Part shown: positions 26,901-40,193 of the stretch, one piece after another
How the letters are laid out: each line of letters starts with the position of its first letter
Position numbering within the stretch: the stretch's first letter is position 1
From: Eledone cirrhosa
Lineage: Eukaryota
Assembly (NCBI GenBank): GCA_964016885.1
Contig: OZ024741.1
Span: 99,510,001-99,574,000 of the forward strand
DNA length: 64,000 bases
Reading direction: 5' to 3'
Position numbers and translations under genes: made by a program
Notes under the pieces: generated by a model
The model's input: only the letters and a program-made list of their open reading frames with translations
The model's database searches: none
Told to the model about the DNA's origin: nothing

Positions 26901-29900
26901 GCAACAATAACAATAGCAACAACAACAACTGTAGCAGCAACAACTGCAACAATAACAGTAGCAACAACAACAACTGTAGCAACAACAACAACAACAACAA
27001 TAACAGTAGCAACAACAACAACTGTAGCAACAACAACAGCAACAATAACAGTAGCAACAACAACAACTGTAGCAACAACAACAACAACAACAATAACAGT
27101 AGCAACAACAACAACTGTTGCAGCAACAACAGCAACAGTAACAGTAGCAACAACAACAATTGTAGCAACAACAACAACAACAATAACAGTAGCAACAACA
27201 ACAACTGTAGCAACAACAACAGCAACAATAACAGTAGCGACACCAACAACTGTAGCAACAACAACAACAACAATAACAGTAGTAACAACAACAACTGTAG
27301 CAACAACAACAGCAACAATAACAGTAGCAACAACAACAACTGTAGCAACAACAACAGCAACAATAACAGTAGCAACACCAACAACTGTAGCAACAACAAC
27401 AACAACAATAACAGTAGTAACAACAACAAATGTAGCAACAACAACAGCAACAATAACAGTAGCAACACCAACAACTGTAGCAACAACAACAACAACAATA
27501 ACAGTAGCAACAACAACAACTGTAGCAACAACAACAGCAACAATAACAGTAGCAACACCAACAACTGTAGCAACAACAACAACAACAATAACAGTAGCTA
27601 CAACAACAACTGTAGCAACCACAACAACAACAATAACAGTAGCAACAACAACAACTGTAGCAACAACAACAGCAACAATAACAGTAGCAACAACAACAAC
27701 TGTAGTAGGAACAACAGCAACAATAACAGTAGCAACAACAACAACTGTAGCAGCAACAACAGTAACAATAACAGTAGCAACAACAACAACTGTAGCAGCA
27801 ACAACAGCAACAATAACAGTAGCAACAACAACAACTGTAGCAACAACAACAACGACAATGACAGTAGCATCAACAACTGTAGCAGTAACAACAGCAACAT
27901 TAACAGTAGCAACAACAACAACTGTAACAACAACAGCAACAATAACAGTAACAACAACAACAACTGTAGCAACAACAACAACAACAATAACAGTAGCATC
28001 AACAACTGTAGCAGTAACAACAGCAACAATAACAGTAGCAACAACAACAACTGTAGCAGCAACAACAACGACAATAACAGTAGCATCAACAACTGTAGCA
28101 GTAACAACAGCAACAATAACAGTAGCAACAACAACAACTGTAACAACAACAACAGCAACAATAACAGTAGCAACAACAACAACTGTAGCAACAACAACAA
28201 CAACAACAATAACAGTAGCAACAACAACAACAATAACAGTAGCAACAACAACAACTGTAGCAGCAGCAACAACAACAACAATAACAGTAGCAACAACAAC
28301 AACTGTAGCAGCAACAACAGCAACAATAACAGTAGCAACAACAACAACTGTAACAACAACAACAGCAACAATAACAGTAGCAACAACAGCAACAATAACA
28401 GTAGCAACAACAACTGTAGCAACGACAACAGCAACAATAACAGTAGCAACAACAACAACTGTAACAGCAACAACAGCAACAATAACAGTAGCAACAACAA
28501 CAACTGTAACAACAACAACAGCAACAATAACAGTAGCAACAACAACAACTGTAGCAACAACAACAGCAACAATAACAGTAGCAACAACAACAACTGTAGC
28601 AACAACAACAGCAACAATAACAGTAGCAACACCAACAACTGTAGCAACAACAACAACAACAATAACAGTAGCAACAACAACAAATGTAGCAACAACAACA
28701 GCAACAATAACAGTAGCAACAACAACAACTGTAGTAGGAACAACAGCAACAATAACAGTAGCAACAACAACAACTGTAGCAGCAACAACAGTAACAATAA
28801 CAGTAGCAACAACAACAACTGTAGCAGCAACAACAGCAACAATAACAGTAGCAACAACAACAACTGTAGGAACAATAACAACGACAATAACAGTAGCATC
28901 AACAACAAATGTAGCAACAACAACAGCAACAATAACAGTAGCAACAACAACAAATGTAGCAACAACAACAGCAACAATAACAGTAGCAACAACAACAACT
29001 GTAGTAGGAACAACAGCAACAATAACAGTAGCAACAACAACAACTGTAGAAGCAACAACAGTAACAATAACAGTAGCAACAACAACAACTGTAACAACAA
29101 CAACAGCAACAATTACAGTAGCAACAACAACAACTGTAGCAGTAACAACAGCAACAATAACAGTAGCAACAACAACAACTGTAACAACAACAACAGCAAC
29201 AATAACAGTAGCAACAACAACAACTGTAGCAACAACAACAACAACAATAACAGTAGCATCAACAACTGTAGCAGTAACAACAGCAACAATAACAGTAGCA
29301 ACAACAACAACTGTAGCAGCAACAACAACGACAATAACAGTAGCATCAACAACTGTAGCAGTAACAACAGCAACAATAACAGTAGCAACAACAACAACTG
29401 TAACAACAACAACAGCAACAATAACAGTAGCAACAACAACAACTGTAGCAACAACAACAACAACAACAATAACAGTAGCAACAACAACAACAATAACAGT
29501 AGCAACAACAACAACTGTAACAACAACAACAGCATCAATAACAGTAGCAACAACAACAACTGTAGCAACAACAACAACAACAACAACAGTAGCAACAACA
29601 ACAACTGTAGCAACAACAACAACAATAACAGTAGCAACAACAACAACAATAACAGTAGCAACAACAACAACTGTAGCAGCAACAACAACAACAATAACAG
29701 TAGCAACAACAACAACTGTAGCAGCAACAACAGCAACAATAACAGTAGCAACAACAACAACTGTAACAACAACAACAGCAACAATAACAGTAGCAACAAC
29801 AACAACTGTAGCAACAACAACAACAACAATAACAGTAGCAACAACAGCAACAATAACAGTAGCAACACCAACTGTAGCAATGACAACAGCAACAATAACA

Positions 29901-32900
29901 GTAGCAACAACAACAACTGTAGCAGCAACAACAGCAACAATAACAGTAGCAACAACAACAACTGTAACAACAACAACAGCAACAATAACAGTAGCAACAA
30001 CAACAACTGTAGCAACAACAACAGCAACAATAACAGTAGCAACAACAACAACTGTAGCAACAACAACAGCAACAATAACAGTAGCAACAACAACAACTGT
30101 AGCAGCAACAACAGCAACAATAACAGTAGCAACAACAACAACTGTAACAACAACAACAGCAACAATAACAGTAGCAACAACAACTGTAGCAACAACAGCA
30201 ACAGTAACAGTAGCTACAACAACAACTGTAGCAGCAAAAACAGCAACAATAACAGTAGCAACAACAACTGTAGCAGCAACAACAGCAACAATAACAGTAG
30301 CAACAACAACAACTGTAGCAGCAACAACAACAACAATAACAGTAGCAAAAACAACAACTGTAGCAACAACAACAGCAACAATAACAATAGCAACAACAAC
30401 AACTGTAGCAGCAACAACAGCAACAATAACAGTAGCAACAACAACAACTGTAGCAACAACAACAACAACAACAACAATAACAGTAGCAACAACAACAACT
30501 GTAGCAGCAACCACAGCAACAATAACAGTAGCAACAACAACAACTGTAGCAACAACAACAGCAACAATAACAGTAGCAACAACAACAACTGTAGCAACAA
30601 CAACAACAACAACAATAACAGTAGCAACAACAACAACTGTTGCAGCAACAACAGCAACAGTAACAGTAGCAACAACAACAATTGTAGCAACAACAACAAC
30701 AACAATAACAGTAGCAACAACAACAACTGTAGCAACAACAACAGCAACAATAACAGTAGCGACACCAACAACTGTAGCAACAACAACAACAACAATAACA
30801 GTAGTAACAACAACAACTGTAGCAACAACAACAGCAACAATAACAGTAGCAACAACAACAACTGTAGCAACAACAACAGCAACAATAACAGTAGCAACAC
30901 CAACAACTGTAGCAACAACAACAACAACAATAACAGTAGTAACAACAACAAATGTAGCAACAACAACAGCAACAATAACAGTAGCAACACCAACAACTGT
31001 AGCAACAACAACAACAACAATAACAGTAGCAACAACAACAACTGTAGCAACAACAACAGCAACAATAACAGTAGCAACACCAACAACTGTAGCAACAACA
31101 ACAACAACAGTAACAGTAGTAACAACAACAACTGTAGCAACAACAACAGCAACAATAACAGTAGCAACACCAACAACTGTAGCAACAACAACAACAACAA
31201 TAACAGTAGCTACAACAACAACTGTAGCAACCACAACAACAACAATAACAGTAGCAACAACAACAACTGTAGCAACAACAACAGCAACAATAACAGTAGC
31301 AACAACAACAACTGTAGTAGGAACAACAGCAACAATAACAGTAGCAACAACAACAACTGTAGCAGCAACAACAGTAACAATAACAGTAGCAACAACAACA
31401 ACTGTAGCAGCAACAACAGCAACAATAACAGTAGCAACAACAACAACTGTAGCAACAACAACAACGACAATAACAGTAGCATCAACAACTGTAGCAGTAA
31501 CAACAGCAACATTAACAGTAGCAACAACAACAACTGTAACAACAACAGCAACAATAACAGTAACAACAACAACAACTGTAGCAACAACAACAACAACAAT
31601 AACAGTAGCATCAACAACTGTAGCAGTAACAACAGCAACAATAACAGTAGCAACAACAACAACTGTAGCAGCAACAACAACGACAATAACAGTAGCATCA
31701 ACAACTGTAGCAGTAACAACAGCAACAATAACAGTAGCAACAACAACAACTGTAACAACAACAACAGCAACAATAACAGTAGCAACAACAACAACTGTAG
31801 CAACAACAACAACAACAACAATAACAGTAGCAACAACAACAACAATAACAGTAGCAACAACAACAACTGTAGCAGCAGCAACAACAACAACAATAACAGT
31901 AGCAACAACAACAACTGTAGCAGCAACAACAGCAACAATAACAGTAGCAACAACAACAACTGTAACAACAACAACAGCAACAATAACAGTAGCAACAACA
32001 GCAACAATAACAGTAGCAACAACAACTGTAGCAACGACAACAGCAACAATAACAGTAGCAACAACAACAACTGTAACAGCAACAACAGCAACAATAACAG
32101 TAGCAACAACAACAACTGTAACAACAACAACAGCAACAATAACAGTAGCAACAACAACAACTGTAGCAACAACAACAGCAACAATAACAGTAGCAACAAC
32201 AACAACTGTAGCAACAACAACAGCAACAATAACAGTAGCAACAACAACAACTGTAGCAGCAACAACAGCAACAATAACAGTAGCAACAACAACAACTGTA
32301 ACAACAACAACAGCAACAATAACAGTAGCAACAACAACAACTGTAGCAACAACAACAACTGTAGCAACAACGACAGCAACAACAACAACTGTAACAACAA
32401 CAACAGCAACAATAACAGTAGCAACAACAACTGTAGCAACAACAACAGCAACAATAACAGTAGCAACAACAACATCTGTAGCAACAACAACAGCAACAAT
32501 AACAGTAGCAACAACAACTGTAGCAACAACAACAGCAACAATTACAGTAGCAACAACAACAACTGTAGTAGCAACAACAGCAACAATAACAGTAGCAACA
32601 ACAACAACTGTAACAACAACAACAGCAACAATAACAGTAGCAACAACAACAACTGTAACAACAACAACAGCAACAATAACAGTAGCAACAACAACTGTAA
32701 CAACAACAACAGCAACAATAACAGTAGCAACAACAACAACTGTAGCAACAACAACAGCAACAATAACAGTAGCAACAACAACTGTAGCAACAACAACAGC
32801 AACAATTACAGTAGCAACAACAACAACTGTAGCAGCAACAACAGCAACAATAACAGTAGCAACAACAACAACTGTAACAACAACAACAGCAACAATAACA

Positions 32901-34560
32901 ATAGCAACAACAACTGTAACAACAACAACAGCAACAATAACAGTAGCAACAACAACAACTGTAGCAACAACAACAGCAACAATAACAGTAGCAACAACGA
33001 CTGTAGCAGCAACAACAGCAACAATAACAGTAGCAACAACAACAGCTGTAGCAGCAACAACAGCAACAATAACAGTTGCAACAACAACAACTGTAACAAC
33101 AACAACCGCAACAATAACAGTAGCAACAACAACAACTGTAACAACAACAACAGCAACAATAACAGTAGCAACAACAACAACTGTAGCAGCAACAACAGCA
33201 ACAATAACAGTAGCAACAACAACAACTGTAACAACAACAACAGCAACAATAACAGTAGCAACAACAACTGTAACAACAACAACAGCAACAATTACAGTAG
33301 CAACAACAACAACAACTGTAGCAGCAACAACAGCAACAATAACAGTAGCAACAACAACAACTGTAACAACAACAACAGCAACAATAACAGTAGCAGCAAC
33401 AACAACTGTAACAACAACAGCAACAATAACAGTAGCAACAACAACAACTGTAGCAACAACAACAGCAACAATAACAGTAGCAACAACAACAACTGTAGCA
33501 ACAACAACAGCAACAATAACAGTAGCAACAACAACAACTGTAGCAGCAACAACAGCAACAATAACAGTAGCAACAACAACAACTGTAACAACAACAACAG
33601 CAACAATAACAGTAGCAACAACAACTGTAACAACAACAACAGCAACAATAACAGTAGCAACAACAACAACTGTAGCAACAACAACAGCAACAATAACAGT
33701 AGCAACAACAACAACTGTAACAACAACAACAGCAACAATAACAGTAGCAACAACAACTGTAGCAACAACAACAGCAACAATTACAGTAGCAACAACAACA
33801 ACTGTAGCATCAACAACAGCAACAATAACAGTAGCAACAACAACAACTGTAGCAGCAACAACAGCAACACTAACAGTAGCAACAACAACAGCAACAATAA
33901 CAGTAGCAACAACAACAACAACTGTAACAACAACAACAGCAACAATAACAGTAGCAACAACAACAACTATAACAACAACAACAGCAACAATAACAGTAGC
34001 AACAACAACAACTGTAGCAACCACAACAGCAACAATAACAGTAGCAACAACAACAACTGTAGCAACAACAACAGCAACAATAACAGTAGCAACAACAACA
34101 ACTGTAGCAGCAACAACAGCAACAATAACAGTAGCAACAACAACAACTGTAACAACAACAACAGCAACAATAACAGTAGCAACAACAACAACTGTAGCAA
34201 CAACAACAGCAACAATAACAGTAGCAACAACAACAACTGTAACAACAACAACAGCAACAATAACAGTAGCAGCAACAACAACTGTAGCAGCAACAACAGC
34301 AACAATAACAGTAGCAACAACAACAACTGTAGCAGCAACAACAGCAACAATAACAGTAGCAACAACAACAACTGTAGCAGCAACAACAACAACAATAACA
34401 GTAGCTACAATAACAACTGTAGCAACAACACAGCAACAATAACAGTAGCAACAACAACAACTGTAGCAGCAACAACAGCAACAATAACAGTAGCAACAAC
34501 AGCAATAACAAGAGTAACAACAGTAACAGCAGTTACAACAACAATAACAGCAGCAGAACA
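14931..34560 (+). repeat. Giant compound-triplet tandem array; ~45-bp variable unit; reads as a Thr/Ala/Val/Ile mucin-like repeat in one + frame; coding status unproven
   Basis: Consensus ATA ACA GTA GCA ACA ACA ACA ACT GTA GCA GCA ACA ACA GCA ACA, roughly 430-460 copies; length variation is almost all whole triplets; six -1 register shifts. Confidence 0.97.
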
Positions 34561-35713
34561 CTAGCAATTGAAGCATCAACAACTATAGCTAAAAACAAAT
34601 AAACAAAAAAAAATAATCAGTAGCAGCAACAACATTAACAACAACAACAATAGTAGCAATAACATTAGCAGCAACAACAATAGTAGCAATAACAACAACA
34701 ATAACAGCAACAATAACACCAGCAACCATAACGCGAAACCCCTAAGAGGTCACTCGCTCTGCTTGAAGCAGTGACTAAATTCCCTTCAATCACAATCCTG
34801 CCATCTTAATAATGGAAGGATGCACTGGACAATATAGTCCTAGATATTAAAAAAAAAATGTTAAGGGATAGTCACGCCTGGAAAACCTTTTATCATATGT
34901 CCAAACCTTTTATCATATGTAGCTATACAACAACAGTGGTGGTGATGATAGTGGTGGTGGTGGTGGTGGTGGTCATTGTCGTCGTAGTAGTAGACGTGGA
35001 GAGAATGTAAAGTCTGTAGTTATGACATGGTTGTATTAATTCGCGTGTTGATTCTAGCTGTAATAGTATAGGTACTAGTAGTAGCGGTAGTAGTAGTTGA
35101 TGTAATGGTAGTGGTACTGGTCGTCGAATGGTGTTGTAGTATATGCAGTAGTACAAGTGGTACTGCTTGTCAAAGGAAGTAAGAGAATCGGTCGTAGTGC
35201 AAGTTGTACTGGTTATCAAAAGTTATTACGGTATCGGTGGTAGTTGTGGTGTTACAAGGCGCTAGATTTCAAAAACTGTTGTAACTAGTAGTAGTACCAA
35301 TTATCAAAAGGTGTACAGGTGAAGGCTGTGGTAAGTAGCTGAGCAGTGTAACATAACAAGGGATGCTCTAGTTGTGTTACTAGAATCGCTAAGCGCAAGC
35401 ATGGTCGAGTGGTTATGATATTTCCTTCGCAATCATGAAAACGTGGGTTTTATACTAATGCGCAAAATTTTGCGAAATGATCTATTCTAGCTTGGGGTCG
35501 ACCAAAGATTTGTGAGTGAATTTGGTAGACGGAAACTGTAGAAGCCTGATAGAAGGGTCGTTTCTATTGTTGGGTTGTAGACTTCATCTTGTCACCTGAC
35601 TTAACATTCAAGAGACCCTTAGAAGAATTGCTGATGCTTCTCTTCTCTCACGAAGCCACTAAAAATTACTGGCCTTGTGCCTATACTAGAAATCATTATT
35701 TTATATGACTTAA

Positions 35714-35853
35714 GCGGTGGATTGGCAGTATTGGTAGAAGGTCGAGCGCCATGCTTTGACGCATAGAGTTACGGCCCTTGCCATTCTGAGTTCAAATCAC
35801 GCCGAGGTTAACTTTGTCTTTCATCCTTACGGGGTCGATAAAATAAAGTACAG
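35714..35853 (+). mobile_element. SINE family A, younger subfamily
   Basis: GGTGGATTGGCAGTAT then GAGTTCAAATCACGCCGAGGTTAACTTTG and GGGGTCGATAAAATAAAGTAC; close to the copies at 36987, 49591 and 56366. Confidence 0.85.
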
Positions 35854-35924
35854 GTTCCAGGAAGAAGCAGAGGAAGTTGTCTAAAAAGCAGAAACCTTGC
35901 CCGAATGCTTGCGACAAAATAGAA

Positions 35925-36100
35925 TGAACCTCCGTTGTTTTGACGATGAATGTTCCAGTTGTTCGATCAACTTAACGGTATGCTTATGAATTCAATATGT
36001 AAGTGACTAGGCTCAACATTCCACAGACACGTGTACCCTGGAGATTCAGCGTGACAAAATGTTTGACAAGTTTGATCCATTGAATTACAAGTACAATTCA
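35925..36100 (-). mobile_element. SINE family B, 3' part
   Basis: TTCCAGTTGTTCGATCAAC, CCACAGACACGTGTACCCT and GAGATTCAGCGTGACA are the reverse complement of 53970-54155. Confidence 0.7.
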
Positions 36101-36789
36101 TCCGAAGAGTTTCCAAACAATTTCCGTCGACCCAATTTCACTTACAAGGCATGAGTCAACACCAGGTTATGGTAAATGGTACATGCCCAGGATGCCATAC
36201 AGTAGGATCGTACCCGGAACTTAATGATTACGAAGGTACTCAAGAGTCAGGTGGCGGTAAGCCGTGCGACAGATTATGTCTACCAACTAGGAAACCGTAA
36301 TATAGTGGAAAAGGAAAGTACTGCTTTGATGTTTTGGCTGTTGGGATTTTTTTTCTTTTGCTATTTATTTGCTTGCCCCTTATTTACTCTCTCAATTTAT
36401 GAGTATTTTATGATAGCTAACAGATTAAGATATGTATGTAAAAGAAAAACAATACAAAAAAGCATTAATCTAAATCCTTCCACACCACATGTGTTTCATC
36501 AACATCCTCATTATTCCTACTTTTATTGTTCTTGTTGCACTTTGATATTTGTTTATTTGTTTTTGTTTATTTTTGCCTTAGTGACTGTATATATATATAT
36601 ATTCAAATTGGTGATGTTTTGCTTAGTAAGGATCAAACCAACATTTGGTGTGCAGTAGTATTCTATCACGTAGTCAGGTCTTTTCTACTACAAACCGCCA
36701 AAGACTTTCGTGACAGAAACAATGATGAACGTCTTCACACTTTTAACCGTCAATTCAGGATGAGGTTTAACGTTTTCTTATTAATACAT

Positions 36790-37168
36790 TTGATGGCAGT
36801 TGATCGTTACAGTGTCGCACTAAATGCTTATATGCTTTGCAGTATTTAGTTACGTTCTGAGTTTAAAGCTCGACAAAGTCAACTTTGCCTTTCATCCTTC
36901 TGAGATCGATAAAGTAACTACCACTTATGTACTGGAGTAGATATAATCGACCCCCCCCCCAAAAAAATGACTGGCCTTGTTCCTAAATTGGCAGTATCGG
37001 TAGAGCGTCAGACACCTTGCTTTACAGCATAGAGTTATGACCCTTTACGTTCTGAGTTCAAATCCCGCCGAGGTTAACTTTGCCTTTCATCCTTACAGGG
37101 TCGATAAAATAAAGTACCAGTAATACACTAGGCAATTGCTGGCCTTGTGCCAAAAGTAGAAACAATTA
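36790..37168 (+). mobile_element. Two adjacent family A SINEs (old copy, then young copy from 36987)
   Basis: Two successive CTTTGCCTTTCATCCTT...GATAAA cores, each ending TGGCCTTGT. Confidence 0.8.
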
Positions 37169-37627
37169 TTTTAATAGTTTCAGTCATTGGACTGCGGCCA
37201 GCTGGAGCACGCACACACAACGCGCGCGCGCGCGCATTGTGTGTCACAGCCCTAGAAATTCGATTCACTGCAGCCAATTTTTCACCTCTTCCACTGTAAC
37301 AGAAAGAAAACGTGACAGAGGTGTGGAATAGAGCCACGTAGTTCGTTGTTCCCTACAGCACAATTTTGTTGTTGTTTTGCTTCTTTGTTTCTGTCTTTTA
37401 TCGTGTTGTGATGTAAAATGTCCCAGGTAGACCGCACACAATAACAGCACCCAATCATTTTACCCTCCAGCCCCCCCACTGTCTTTTCCCCTTTCACTAT
37501 ATCGTTCACCACATCCTATAGTTCATTTACTAATACCAACCACTCCTTTTTCTGCTTTATTTCTTTATTTTCTCACATTTGTCACTGTGTCACCATCTCC
37601 ACTACTACCAAACGTAGACTCACACAC

Positions 37628-38820
37628 TTATCAGGTGCTAGAAATAACAGCCACATTTCTTTCGAAAAAGGACACGTTGGATAATCTAATCTGAAGTACA
37701 CTGTCCTTAACAGAAAGACTGGATGGCCATGACAGTAACGCTTTTGATCATAAGTATGGTTGAGTAAGGCTGACCTAAGCATTAAACACTATTTAAATGA
37801 TAGTAAGGCCAAGTTTGTGTTAGATATTACTGGCATATTCTGAGTGAGGAGGGTAGCGAGCGGCTAAACAACTACCATCAACATAACTATTAAGATGAAC
37901 AAAATGATTCCGTTACTACTTCGAGTCAACGAAGGTGCTTGCTTCCACATGCTCAATCGACAAGCTGGAAATAGTAGCCAGTATTGTATACTATAGCGCG
38001 CGACCCCTTGAATTTGCGGGGCCTGTAGCAAGTATTTTGCTACTAGGTTAATCCGACTCTGGGACAATATAGTCCCTGATTCACAAAAAGACGATGGTCA
38101 TTACGGGAACGCCATTTATCCTAAATCAGCTCGCTGAAGCCTGATCTGGGATTGTTAAACAACAATAAGAAGAAAATAACCAAAGAAAGAGGCTTGTATG
38201 AGGTCGCTCGGTTGATTAGAAATAGCGGCCAAATCTTCCTCAAAATATACCCCAGAGTATCAAAAACAGGACGTATTCGTCAGTGTAGTCTGGAATAGTC
38301 ATGGTTGGAATACAGTTCATCATAGTTTTGCTTAATCAGGGTTGACTAGAGTCTAAACAACAATCCAACCACATTACCACTACTACTACTACTACCACGG
38401 AACAGCGAGCAAGGCTAGCACGACCTGCTAGAAACAACAGTCAAATTTTCATATCTCATCCTACTGTCTTAGAAAAGAATACGTTGTATAATGTAGTTAG
38501 GGGTTCCCTGCACACTGGTAAAAGACGTGATGGTTACGGTTGGAAACCCTTTTATCATTGGTCTGTTCGATCAGGGCTAACCTGTGGCTGAACAACAACT
38601 GTGACTAACACCAGTACCAACACCAACAAAAACACCACCTCACTGCTAAAACGTAACAACCTACATCAGTCTCTCGATCTGTTAGAAATAGCAGTCAAAT
38701 TCCCTTTTTGTCTTCACACGGTATGAACATATTAAAGATAATGTAATCCTAAATACACCTAAAATGACAAGATGGCTAAGGATGAAATTCTTTGATTAGG
38801 TCTAACCTGCAGCAAAAGAA
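37628..38820 (+). repeat. Five same-orientation copies of dispersed repeat family C (~170-200 bp)
   Basis: CTAGAAATAGCAGCCAAAT, then ATAATGTAGTC, GATGGTCA, TTTGATCATAGGT and AAACAAC, starting near 37635, 37965, 38215, 38425 and 38680. Confidence 0.75.
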
Positions 38821-40181
38821 CCATTATAACCAACAACAGCAATCAATGCAACCCCTCTACTATTATTTTCATTAATAGTATTATCACTACCAACGTTAAC
38901 ACTACTAATACTGCCAATACTACCACCATCACCACTACCACCACCACCTTCACCAGTGCCGAATTCACCCCCTATCCTCTATACAACTATTATTCATGTC
39001 CCCCTTTAAAACCTTTTGCCATTAGCATCCTTTCTTTCGCCTCATTTTTAAAAAAGTCTACTTCCACCCTCCTACAGAACATTTACGATCTTCTCTCACC
39101 TCTCCTCCAAAGTTACTCTATGTCTCTCATTATCCCTATCTTTTACCTTTTACATCCTTCTCATATCTAGCCCCCTTCTTCTATCTGTACACTGGCCGCC
39201 ACAAGCATGCAATCTCTCTCATCTTTCCACTCTTGAACACACAGACACACTTATTACACACACGCATGCACGATGTTAATTCAATGACATACACACAGAC
39301 AAATACATGTACACACATAAACATACACATACAACAATATATATGTATATAAAACACACGCACACTTCACCGATATACACACATATATAAAGGTACGCAT
39401 ACACAACCTTAATTCACTGATATACATACTCATTTCATTTATATACAAACGCATACATTAAAAACAGACACCAACATACATAAACATACACTATACAATA
39501 TATTAATTCCAAGATACCCACAGAGAAGCACATACTCAATATATACATACATACGTAAGAAAATATATACCCTTTTAAATCACTCATATATACACATTTA
39601 CACACATGCTTAAACCTTAATTCCCTAATACACACACATATATATATACTGTCTTGATTCATTCACACACATATTTATACGATTATTAATTGACTGGTGC
39701 ACACACATACACAGACATATATATATATGTATATACAAATACATACAAACATATACACAACATCAAACAACTTTAATTCTCTACTACATATAGATACATA
39801 CGCTCTCTCCCTTTCTATCTTTATGCTCCCTACGCTTAACTTACTATCATCCACTTGCTCCCTATTTTTTTCTTCCATTCCATTTTCTCCTCCTGCTCCC
39901 TGCCTTGTCTTATCGTCGCACTCAGCCCTCAGCCTTCTACTATTACCAAATCACACCCGCTTTTTTTTTCACTCTCTACACCGCTCTCAGCATCTCTACG
40001 TCTACCGTCTACCTCTTACTCCTCTTCCTCGACTCTCACTCCCTTAGCTCTTCCTTCTTTACTCTGTCACTTTTCCTCCGCTTCAGCTACTAACTCACTA
40101 TCACCTTCTCTCTCTACATACAAACAGCTACTCCTCTCTCTATCAGCTTGATACCTCCAGCTTCTCCCCTCCCCCCCACAG

Positions 40182-40193
40182 TTAGTCTCAGTT
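40182..40193 (+). promoter_or_regulatory. Candidate initiator (TTAGTC/TCAGTT) at the end of a ~350-bp pyrimidine-rich tract
   Basis: TCAGTT matches the invertebrate Inr consensus TCAGTY; unique non-repeat sequence follows. The motif is short, so this is speculative. Confidence 0.25.

Noticed and set aside
14914-34582. Huge minus-strand ORFs (2538 aa, 4432 aa, poly-Leu/Val/Cys)
   Set aside because: Antisense shadows of the ACA-rich array; TGT/GTT/TTG repeats rarely create stops, and the products switch composition at the frame shifts.
36224-36849. 144-aa and 107-aa hydrophobic ORFs as membrane proteins
   Set aside because: T-rich low-complexity sequence gives Phe/Leu/Ile/Val bias; no recognisable motif or exon signals.
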